Part shown: piece by piece, positions 24,781 to 32,000 of the stretch
How the letters are laid out: every line of letters begins with the position of its first letter
Position numbering within the stretch: the first letter of the stretch is position 1
From: Candidatus Saccharimonadota bacterium
GTDB lineage: Bacteria > Bacteroidota > Bacteroidia > Cytophagales > Amoebophilaceae
Assembly: GCF_964030745.1 (NCBI RefSeq)
Contig: NZ_OZ034918.1
Location: forward strand, 480,001 to 512,000
Direction of reading: 5' to 3'
Length of the DNA stretch: 32,000 bases
Notes under the pieces: generated by a model
What the model was told of the DNA's origin: nothing
The model's input: only the letters and a program-made list of their open reading frames with translations
Database searches by the model: none
Translations under genes and position numbers: made by a program

Positions 24781-26280
24781 ATGATACTATATAACATGCC
24801 CCTTTTTATGGTATTGGCTTTTTTGTTATTGACTCTAGGAGTAGGCCTTTACGCGAGCCAAAGAGCAACTACATTGCGTGAATATGCTGTCGGTAATAAG
24901 CAGTTTCATACCACTACCTTAGTGGTTACAGTGTTGGCGACAAGTTTTGGAGGAGGGACCCTGATGCGTAATGTACCGAAAGTGCATAATATAGGTATAT
25001 ATTTCATAGCCATGCTTTTTGCAATAGCAGTCGGCTTTTGGATAAAAAGTTGTTTGGTGCTGCGTATGAGGCCATTTATGGAACATCTTTCTATGGCAGA
25101 GACGATAGGCAGCCTATATGGTAAATGGTTCAGAGCTATTGCTGCGCTATTAGGAATCTGTTTTTCTATTGGTATTGTTGCTATTCAAATCAATGTAATC
25201 TCCGCTGCTATCGGCATGTGTGTAGATTCAATTGACCCACGTATCATAACTGTTCTGGCTACTTTAATCCTTATTGCCTACGCTATGTTTGGAGGTATTC
25301 GTGCGATAACGCTTACAGATATATTGCAATTTGCAACCTTTACTATTATTATTCCCTTGCTCATTAGGCTTGTGTTTGTAAAAACAGGCAAGTCATTTTT
25401 AGACATTATATTGCTTCTACAAAAGCAAGAAAAATTTCAGTTCCGTAATCTCTTCCATTTGGACAAAAAATTATTGAAGCTTGTGGTGGAGAGTCTAGGC
25501 CTTGCATGTTGGTTCAACCCGTCAGCTGTACAAAGAGTCTATATGTCTTCTGGTCCGATTCAAGCACATAAAGTATTCCTGCGTGTCACCCTTTTTAGCG
25601 TTATCATACTAGCATGTATTGTCTTAATGGGCTTGCTTGTTTTTGTAGGCGATTTAACACTTCCGGTAACAGAAATTTGGCCCTATATTCTAGCCGATAT
25701 GCCACCTGTGTATAAAGGATGTGTGGTCATTAGTTTGTTAGGAATGGCTATGGCCACAGCTGATTCTAGTTTACACACTGCTGCCATTATGTTTAGCCAT
25801 GATATGGTAGAAAGCATTCGGGGCATACAAGTAGTTTCTTACGTCCACCAGCTTCGGCTAGCCAAATACACAGCACTCATTACCGGTTTGTTAGCCATGA
25901 TTGTAACCGTCTACTATCCCAACCTATTTCAATTAAGCCATTTTGTTTTTAATGCCCTGATTATTTGTTTTGAAGCTACAATAGCCGCTCCTTTTATCTT
26001 GGCTATTTTGGGGTTTCGGGGTAGTCTGCCTACCGCTTTGATCGGAATGGCTATAGGTGCATTGACTGCATTAATTTTGAAAAAGTGGCCACAAATTGAC
26101 ATAGGCATAGGAGTAGGTTTTTTGGCCATGGTAGCCAATGGCTTGGCTATGATGGCTGCCCACTACCTATTGCCACAACCAGCTGATAAGGGGTGGGTGG
26201 GCAGAGACGATCAACAAAAAAGAATGGAACAGCTCATACGAGCATTTAAAAAGTATAAAAAAAATATAGATCTAGAGTAG
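24781..26280 (+). CDS. Sodium:solute symporter (SSF) family transporter
   Basis: About 13 TM helices. FGGIRAITLTDILQF is an SSF-type motif. 499 aa. Confidence 0.8.
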   Translation: MILYNMPLFMVLAFLLLTLGVGLYASQRATTLREYAVGNKQFHTTTLVVTVLATSFGGGTLMRNVPKVHNIGIYFIAMLFAIAVGFWIKSCLVLRMRPFMEHLSMAETIGSLYGKWFRAIAALLGICFSIGIVAIQINVISAAIGMCVDSIDPRIITVLATLILIAYAMFGGIRAITLTDILQFATFTIIIPLLIRLVFVKTGKSFLDIILLLQKQEKFQFRNLFHLDKKLLKLVVESLGLACWFNPSAVQRVYMSSGPIQAHKVFLRVTLFSVIILACIVLMGLLVFVGDLTLPVTEIWPYILADMPPVYKGCVVISLLGMAMATADSSLHTAAIMFSHDMVESIRGIQVVSYVHQLRLAKYTALITGLLAMIVTVYYPNLFQLSHFVFNALIICFEATIAAPFILAILGFRGSLPTALIGMAIGALTALILKKWPQIDIGIGVGFLAMVANGLAMMAAHYLLPQPADKGWVGRDDQQKRMEQLIRAFKKYKKNIDLE

Positions 26281-26447
26281 CACCAGCTTAACGGATACAA
26301 GAATAGTAAGAGGATTTTTTAAGACTATTTTTTGCTTGATGATAAGGAATGTGTATCTTGCTTTTTGCTTATATGTAAGTAGCATAGCCAGCAGGTTGAA
26401 CGGTTCACACTTATTTTTAAATAAAACACTAAATAAGTCATAATTAT

Positions 26448-26651
26448 ATGCAGCCAAATACAATAGCACTCCGGTTAGATATCGCTGAGGTGAATGTAAT
26501 TATTAAAGCCTTGTCTGAAAGACCTTTTCGAGAAGTATATGAATTAATAGGTAAAATTCATGCGCAATCTAATGCACAACTCAAGCCAAATGGCCCACAA
26601 CTTCAACCCAACGAACCAGTTAAGGGAACGTATGTACATGATCAAGACTAA
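26448..26651 (+). CDS. Small hypothetical protein (67 aa) with a helical N-terminus and a Pro/Gln/Asn-rich tail
   Basis: The ORF sits alone in a spacer, on the same strand as pnuC and 40 nt upstream of it. I recognise no family. Confidence 0.4.
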   Translation: MQPNTIALRLDIAEVNVIIKALSERPFREVYELIGKIHAQSNAQLKPNGPQLQPNEPVKGTYVHDQD

Positions 26652-26690
26652 TCATATATTTTTATTTCATTTACATCATTTTATATAATA

Positions 26691-27326
26691 ATGGATCAAC
26701 TTCTGAGAGCCATTATGGGTGCAGGAAAATGGCTAATCTATGATCAACAAAGATTATTGGAATTTAGTGTAGTAGTAGCTTCCATTTTTTCCCATTTTTT
26801 AGAGGCACGCCAAAATATTTGGAGCAAAATTTTGGCTTTCCCCATTGCGTTTACCAATATTTATGTCTATTCCGTTAGAAAACTCTATGGGAAAGTAGTC
26901 TATAGCATCATTTTTATATTTTTTAATTTATATGCCTATTTAAGGTGGAAAGGAAGCATAAATCGACAACCTGTAAAGGTGAGCAGAACATCCCATAAGA
27001 TACTTTTATCTATTACTGGAATGAGCATATTGGGTGGAATAATCTGGAGCTTTATAATAGGTAAATACTTTAATACATCATCGACGCCTATATCTGTGTA
27101 TGGAGATGCCTATTACTTTTCTTTTGGTTTTATGGACAAGTGGCTTATGTCACATAAAAAACTAGAAAGATGGGTAGTCGCTCTTTTGCGTTATATAGCC
27201 TTCGCACTGGCCTGCTATCAAACAGGAGCGATCATGTTGAGTATGCATTACCTTGTTTTGATATGTATAGGCATTTATGGTCAAATAAAATGGTACCTAG
27301 CTTATAAAGCAATGAAATTGCCATAA
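26691..27326 (+). CDS. pnuC: Nicotinamide riboside transporter PnuC
   Basis: The 7-TM layout, size (211 aa) and blocks LEARQNIWS..AFPIAFTNIYVY...FNLYAYLRWKG and KWLMSHKKLERWVV...IGIYGQIKW parallel E. coli PnuC (LEKISNYFFGLINV...ANIYGWYAWSR; MTRKYVENWLLW...NGSRMW). Confidence 0.75.
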   Translation: MDQLLRAIMGAGKWLIYDQQRLLEFSVVVASIFSHFLEARQNIWSKILAFPIAFTNIYVYSVRKLYGKVVYSIIFIFFNLYAYLRWKGSINRQPVKVSRTSHKILLSITGMSILGGIIWSFIIGKYFNTSSTPISVYGDAYYFSFGFMDKWLMSHKKLERWVVALLRYIAFALACYQTGAIMLSMHYLVLICIGIYGQIKWYLAYKAMKLP

Positions 27327-27447
27327 TAGCCCTCTTTCGCAATCTACTTTTGCGAGGAATTTTTTAGGCACACTGCAACTGCTTAGCTGTAGTTGAAGCG
27401 CATAGACAAGTCTCAAAATGGCCAGATGCGATTGGGTTTTGAAAGTG
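27327..27447 (-). mobile_element. M1-family MITE, diverged, reverse orientation, starting 1 nt after the pnuC stop
   Basis: tagccctctttcgcaatctacttttgcgaggaatttttta...gcatagacaagtctcaaaatggccagatgcgattgggttttgaaagtg. It shares the 'gagacttg' variant with the 21036 copy. Confidence 0.65.
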
Positions 27448-27704
27448 AATGGAGGTAAAAACCATCCTTATAGGGATATCATAGTTAGAATCATCAGCAA
27501 TATGCGTGCAATTAAAGAAAAAAACAGTAAATTGGAGAAATTAATGCCCAGTGTCTAAACCGTACTGGGCGGCCAGTAGGGTTTAGGACCTTAGTGGGTA
27601 GGCTATTTAAGCATAAGCGAATAGAACCTTCTAATCTGGCTAAGATATAGGCAGGGGCTATTCCAGAGTGGTATAATACATATAACTTACGAAATCTTAG
27701 TAAA

Positions 27705-27800
27705 ATGCCTTGTGGTAGGAAAAGAAAAAGACAAAAGGTAGCTACACATAAGCGTAAAAAGCGTCTTAGGTTAAATAGACATAAAAAGAAAAATAGATAG
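27705..27800 (+). CDS. 31-aa Lys/Arg-rich micro-protein resembling ribosomal protein bS22 (AURKAIP1/COX24-like)
   Basis: Hand translation gives ATG CCT TGT GGT AGG AAA ... = MPCGRKRKRQKVATHKRKKRLRLNRHKKKNR*. This matches my memory of Bacteroidota entries of the form MPSGKKRKRHK(V/M)ATHKRKKR.R.NRHKKK. It is below the track's size cut-off and lies antisense to the spurious ORF 27512..27814. Confidence 0.75.
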   Translation: MPCGRKRKRQKVATHKRKKRLRLNRHKKKNR

Positions 27801-27906
27801 CACTTAAGTGTCAAGAAGCGTTATTATCTGCTTTGTTTAACTATTTATTAAATATGCTACTAATTGCTTTCTGGGTTTCTGTAAAAAACGTAAACAAAAT
27901 GAGCGC

Positions 27907-29460
27907 GTGGGTAACGAATTAATAATTAATAGTACGGATAATAATTGTAGAATAGCACTGCTAAAAGACGGAAATCTTTTTGAGTATCAGGTAGAAAAAG
28001 AAGACAACAAATTCAAAGTAGGTGATATTTATTTGGGGATTATTAAAAAAGTAGTGCCCAGTTTAAATGCAAGTTTTGTAGACGTAGGGTACAAAAAAGA
28101 TGCTTTTTTGCATTATTTGGATCTTGGGTCACAATTCAATTCTTTGAAAAAGGCTATTCACTTGGTTAGGCATCGACAGAGCAATCTTACCAATCTAGCT
28201 GACTTTGTAGTTGAGCCACCCATAGACAAACTTGGTAAAGTGGCAGATTTACTCACAAAGGGGCAGGAGGTATTGGTTCAAATCGTAAAAGAGCCTATTT
28301 CCAGTAAGGGCCCTCGTATAGCTTCTGAGTTGACGCTGCCTGGTCGTTACATGATACTAATACCCTTTGTAGATACGATTAGTATTTCTAAAAAAATTAC
28401 AAATGCTGAAGAGCGAGATCGGCTACACCGTTTAATCGCTTCCATTAAGCCTAAAAATTTTGGCGTAATTGTGCGTACTGTAGCCAAGGGAATAGATGTG
28501 GCTACATTAGATAGAGATCTAAGAGCTCTTATCGACAAATGGAAGAGGGGGATAGAGCAACTCAGTACTGCATTGCCTGGGGAAAAAGTTATAGGAGAAG
28601 TAAATAGGGCCTATACCATTCTACGAGACATGCTCAATGAGTCTTTTGATAGTATTATTGTAGATGATCAGCTTCTTTATACTGAAATCAAGCAATACAT
28701 ACATACCATTGCACCTGATAAAGAGAAGATTCTTAAATTGCATCAAGGTAAAATCAAGCTTTTTGAGCAATTGGGTATAGAGCGGCAGTTAAAAACACTT
28801 TTTGGTCAAACAGTTGGTATAGAAGGGGGAGGCTATTTAGTGATTGAGCATACTGAAGCCATGCATGTCATTGATGTGAACAGCGGTAACAGAGCTGTGG
28901 ATGAAGAGGGGCAAGCAAAAATGGCCTTGAATGTTAATTTGGCTGCTGCACAAGAAATTGCACGCCAGTTGCGGTTGCGTGATATGGGTGGGATTATAGT
29001 AGTGGACTTTATAGACATTAAAGGAATAGAAGATCGAAAGCTTCTTTATCAAAAGATGAAGGAGCTCATGAAAGAAGATCGCGCTAAAACCTCTGTTTTA
29101 CCACTGTCAAAGTTTAGCATCATGCAAATCACACGTCAACGGGTGCGCCCAGAAATGAATGTAGTGACCAGAGAGCTTTGCCCATCTTGTAATGGAACAG
29201 GAAAGATCGATGCTTCTATATTGGTTTCAGAAAGAATTGAAGAAACCTTGCGGCTTGTTTTGATGAATCAAAACGAAAAGGGGATTAGGCTTTTGGTCCA
29301 TCCCTATCTTTATGCCTATTTTACTAAAAATTTGATCTCTAAAAGGTTTAGATGGTTTCTAAAGTATGGTAGATGGGTTACGTTGGTTGAAGATTCTTCC
29401 ATGGCGGTGACAGATTATAAACTCGTTAATCAAAACCAAGAAGAAATAGAACTCCATTAG
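27907..29460 (+). CDS. rng: Ribonuclease G / RNase E-G family endoribonuclease
   Basis: S1 domain VGDIYLGIIKKVVPSLNASFVDVGYKKDAFLH, catalytic core GGYLVIEHTEAMHVIDVNSG...GGIIVVDFIDI, Zn-link CPSCNGTG. GTG start. Confidence 0.9.
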   Translation: MGNELIINSTDNNCRIALLKDGNLFEYQVEKEDNKFKVGDIYLGIIKKVVPSLNASFVDVGYKKDAFLHYLDLGSQFNSLKKAIHLVRHRQSNLTNLADFVVEPPIDKLGKVADLLTKGQEVLVQIVKEPISSKGPRIASELTLPGRYMILIPFVDTISISKKITNAEERDRLHRLIASIKPKNFGVIVRTVAKGIDVATLDRDLRALIDKWKRGIEQLSTALPGEKVIGEVNRAYTILRDMLNESFDSIIVDDQLLYTEIKQYIHTIAPDKEKILKLHQGKIKLFEQLGIERQLKTLFGQTVGIEGGGYLVIEHTEAMHVIDVNSGNRAVDEEGQAKMALNVNLAAAQEIARQLRLRDMGGIIVVDFIDIKGIEDRKLLYQKMKELMKEDRAKTSVLPLSKFSIMQITRQRVRPEMNVVTRELCPSCNGTGKIDASILVSERIEETLRLVLMNQNEKGIRLLVHPYLYAYFTKNLISKRFRWFLKYGRWVTLVEDSSMAVTDYKLVNQNQEEIELH

Positions 29461-29491
29461 TGCTTTTTTATAATAAATTTTTTCGAAAGGA

Positions 29492-29590
29492 ATCTATTCA
29501 CGCCTTTGGTTGAGCACCTTATCTGCTTCGATAAAAAGTTTGACCCGATAGGCAAATAGCTGAAACGCATACATAACGTTTCGAACGAAG
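29492..29590 (+). repeat. Mosaic fragment: a degenerate P1 left arm plus a short hairpin related to 10021-10050
   Basis: atctattcacgcctttggttgagcaccttatctgcttcgataaaaagtttgacccgataggcaaatagctgaa, then gaaacgcatacataacgtttc (compare aaacgtagcgtatgcgttt in region B, inverted). Confidence 0.7.
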
Positions 29591-29899
29591 ATGTAGTAAC
29601 ATACTATATCGCATGCCCTTTTGCCTGGTTGTTACCATTTAACGAGAGGGTGGAATGGTCGTCATGCTACGCTTGTATAATTCAAAGGGAACGATTAGAT
29701 TAATTCTAAGAGAAAAGAATGACAAGTTACTTAAAGAAGTGCAAAAGATTACCTTCCCATTCAATATGGTTGGTAAATTGCACCTATCTGCTTCATTTTT
29801 TGGCTCATGCAGCATGACCGTTCCGCTGCGTGAACCATGAAACATAGGAGGAATTATTGAATAATATAGAGAATATAGTTTAACCAAATAATAAAGATT

Positions 29900-31432
29900 A
29901 TGGAGCTTACCAGGCTGCCTAAACATACACATAGCAAAACCTCTATTCTAATAGGCGCAGCAGCGCTGCTGCTTTGCCTATTTGCAAATGCTAGTGCAGC
30001 AAACGCAAAAAGTGGAACAGACAAAAACTCCTCTACAATTCTACAAAGGATAAAAGATTTTTGCAAAAAAAAATACAATAAAAAAAGTAAAAAAAATGAG
30101 GGTTTAGATGGTCAAGAAAGGTATGAATTTGGGCAGATAAAAATGAGTGATGCCCCGTTCAGTCAGGCTATGCCACATCCTGTAGCACCTATCGCTGATG
30201 ATAAAAAAAGCGAGATGCTGCTAGATGCATATGAAACAATCAAAACATTTTATGCTTATGACCCTATTGGGCAAGCATGGGTACAAATCCAATCTTTTAA
30301 AATTGTAAATGGTACGCATAGTGATGAGCCATTAGATGCAGCCATTGACAGTAGTACTTATATGAACTTTTGGGCATACGATTTGTCCAATCAAACATGG
30401 CATAAAGTTAGCCTTACACCTTATTTGCAACAAACCAACACCCAGATAAATAGCCATTCCCCTGCTATTGTTATAAACAAATCAGTTCGGCCTAATCAAA
30501 ACAATCCGTTGCATGATGTAGCTGCAGATGCGTTATTGGAAGAATTGCTGGGTGTTCACACATTGATGAAGCTCGATAACCCTGAGCAAAAGCAAAGCAT
30601 CTGGTCCAATTTTTCATTGGATTTCAGTATAGGATCTGGTGCTGTTTTTTACAGAAACCGGTTGGAGCAGATGCGTTTGCTCCAAAGGCAAAATCACGAT
30701 TACTTTTTTATAACCAACACGAATGAGGTATACAGGCCTAATTGGTTCCACCATACGCTTGACAAAGTGATTGGTTTTGATCAATTTGATCATATAGCGG
30801 ATGGCAGTAGCCAAAATGCATCATTTCGAGGCATAGGGTTTGGGATGCCTATTACATTAGGGTTACAATACGTGCTCTGGCAACAATTGCTTATAGGCTT
30901 GGGTGCAGAAATAGTCGTTAACGCTACCAACCAACTGGTCCATAATGACGGCCATATTACACATAAGACATACCTTATTGATAAAAAATGGTCCACTCAG
31001 GGAAGATGGTTTGCTAAATGTGGATGGTATGCCTTTAATAATGCAAAACATAGATTTTTTACCGACATACGTTTATGCTATGTCCATCACTCGGGTAATA
31101 AATTTCCTTGGTTGATAACCCTTGGCCCCTATTTATATCACACATTAGCCTATAATTTCGGTTTAGGGTATGAGCAGCAGCTTACAGATTACCTTTCATG
31201 TACTGTGCGTCTTGCTATGGAGCAGCAGAAGTTTAAACAGTTTCCTGATCAACAATCCTATAATATCCATTATAAACAGCCCGCTATTTATTTGCAAGTA
31301 GGGCTCTCTATGCGATTTGCCAAGGACAACCCATCTAATCATTTGAAAAATAAAGAATGCCACGGTAAAAATCATGAACTAGATAGCATAAGCAATCTAG
31401 AAGGCTTACAAGATTTACTAAGTTCAGATTAA
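29900..31432 (+). CDS. Secreted hypothetical protein, probable outer-membrane beta-barrel (510 aa)
   Basis: Signal peptide ILIGAAALLLCLFANASAANA. A Lys-rich tract follows. Two Kelch-like 'F(Y/W)AYDxxxQxW' motifs are present. The C-terminal half has alternating hydrophobicity, ending ...PAIYLQVGLSMRF before a 37-aa tail. Confidence 0.6.
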   Translation: MELTRLPKHTHSKTSILIGAAALLLCLFANASAANAKSGTDKNSSTILQRIKDFCKKKYNKKSKKNEGLDGQERYEFGQIKMSDAPFSQAMPHPVAPIADDKKSEMLLDAYETIKTFYAYDPIGQAWVQIQSFKIVNGTHSDEPLDAAIDSSTYMNFWAYDLSNQTWHKVSLTPYLQQTNTQINSHSPAIVINKSVRPNQNNPLHDVAADALLEELLGVHTLMKLDNPEQKQSIWSNFSLDFSIGSGAVFYRNRLEQMRLLQRQNHDYFFITNTNEVYRPNWFHHTLDKVIGFDQFDHIADGSSQNASFRGIGFGMPITLGLQYVLWQQLLIGLGAEIVVNATNQLVHNDGHITHKTYLIDKKWSTQGRWFAKCGWYAFNNAKHRFFTDIRLCYVHHSGNKFPWLITLGPYLYHTLAYNFGLGYEQQLTDYLSCTVRLAMEQQKFKQFPDQQSYNIHYKQPAIYLQVGLSMRFAKDNPSNHLKNKECHGKNHELDSISNLEGLQDLLSSD

Positions 31433-31621
31433 ATTGTCCTCCATATATATTGCTTATCATTACATTATTTATTATAATTAGATCTAGTTATCTGATATTT
31501 CAGTTTTTCTAACCGTAAGCCTACTGGTTAGGCAAATAATTGGCTTTTTAGTCTCTTTATGTAAAGAGGGATTGGGCAAGGCTGTAACTTTTAAATTATA
31601 TAATTTTTAACCTATTTTGCT

Positions 31622-32000
31622 ATGAAAATTAAAATCGCGTTACTTGGCTTATTTTTTGCCAATAGCATCATACATCCTACATATGCTGACCCATATGCGT
31701 TTGAATTAGAAGAAGACGACCTAGACATATCATCAAGCGTAGAGAAAGATGATCTAACAGCAAAGGAAGCAGAAAAGGATAACCCCAAAGCTGAAAATTT
31801 AATAAAATTAGGCGCTGCTATTACAATGAGCCCTGCTATTGTATACCAAGATAAGGCACTTACGACTAAGAATGGTGTGGGCGCACAGTTAAAATTCACT
31901 GCAGCTGTGCCAAAAGCTTTGTGTAACAAAGATGCAGCAGTCGATATAGGTGCTGGTTGGAATGAGAAAAGTTTCACCATTAAAAATGCTACTGTAGCGA
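31622..32000 (+). CDS. Secreted hypothetical protein; the 5' end is complete and the ORF runs off the window (126 codons visible)
   Basis: Hand translation from the ATG at 31622 gives MKIKIALLGLFFANSIIHPTYADPYAFELEEDDLDISSSVEKDDLTAKEAEKDNPKAENLIKLGAAITMSPAIVYQDKALTTKNGVGAQLKFTAAVPKALCNKDAAVDIGAGWNEKSFTIKNATVA with no stop. It has a clear signal peptide. The track ORF 31612..31980(-) is its antisense shadow. Confidence 0.65.
   Translation, partial: MKIKIALLGLFFANSIIHPTYADPYAFELEEDDLDISSSVEKDDLTAKEAEKDNPKAENLIKLGAAITMSPAIVYQDKALTTKNGVGAQLKFTAAVPKALCNKDAAVDIGAGWNEKSFTIKNATVA

Noticed and set aside
27512-27814. Track ORF (-, 100 aa), Cys/Leu/Phe-rich
   Set aside because: It is low-complexity and has no motifs. 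Its 5' part is the antisense shadow of the AAG/AAA-rich bS22-like micro-ORF on the plus strand.
31612-31980. Track ORF (-, 122 aa)
   Set aside because: The plus strand carries an open frame from the ATG at 31622 to the window end, with a textbook signal peptide. The minus ORF is its shadow.
1-32000. Search for a transposase or IS, prophage, toxin-antitoxin pair or secretion-system genes that could constitute a discrete 'system'
   Set aside because: None of the ORFs, listed or hand-translated, shows DDE/HUH transposase, integrase, phage structural, TA or secretion-apparatus motifs. The repeats appear non-autonomous.

Overview
AT-rich bacterial chromosome segment. The gene content points to Bacteroidota: an LptD_2-type outer-membrane protein, DUF5683 downstream of parAB, an HsdR_N-only protein, a bS22-like micro-ORF and TAnnTTTG-type promoter motifs. 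Signal-anchored ankyrin-repeat proteins and a heavy load of non-coding repeats suggest an intracellular symbiont of the Amoebophilus/Cardinium type; that taxon call is inference from memory, not a search.

Most of the window is housekeeping:
- lptD-like gene, LptF/G permease, tRNA-Met(CAU), trmD, uppS, tmk
- a lone metal ABC permease, SRP RNA, htpG, parA-parB-DUF5683, mnmG, ndk
- lipB, rsmA, a Na+/solute symporter, pnuC and RNase G

I see no CRISPR array, prophage, transposase or recognisable defence or toxin system.

What stands out:
1. Almost every long intergenic spacer is filled with nested, hairpin-forming, MITE-like repeats from at least four families. One clear filled-versus-empty site has a duplicated TACTAG.
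2. A lineage-specific family of small HTH plus coiled-coil proteins has three copies. Two are in tandem, and one of those has lost the DNA-recognition helix.
3. Two adjacent ankyrin-repeat genes share about 80% nucleotide identity over one block, and one carries an in-frame 9-bp tandem repeat.
4. A 31-codon Lys/Arg-rich ribosomal-type micro-ORF (bS22-like) and a 4.5S/SRP RNA are absent from the ORF track.
5. Gene-strand polarity switches near mnmG/parAB, with a few DnaA-box-like 9-mers nearby. This hints at origin proximity.

All coordinates and alignments were done by eye. No database search was possible.
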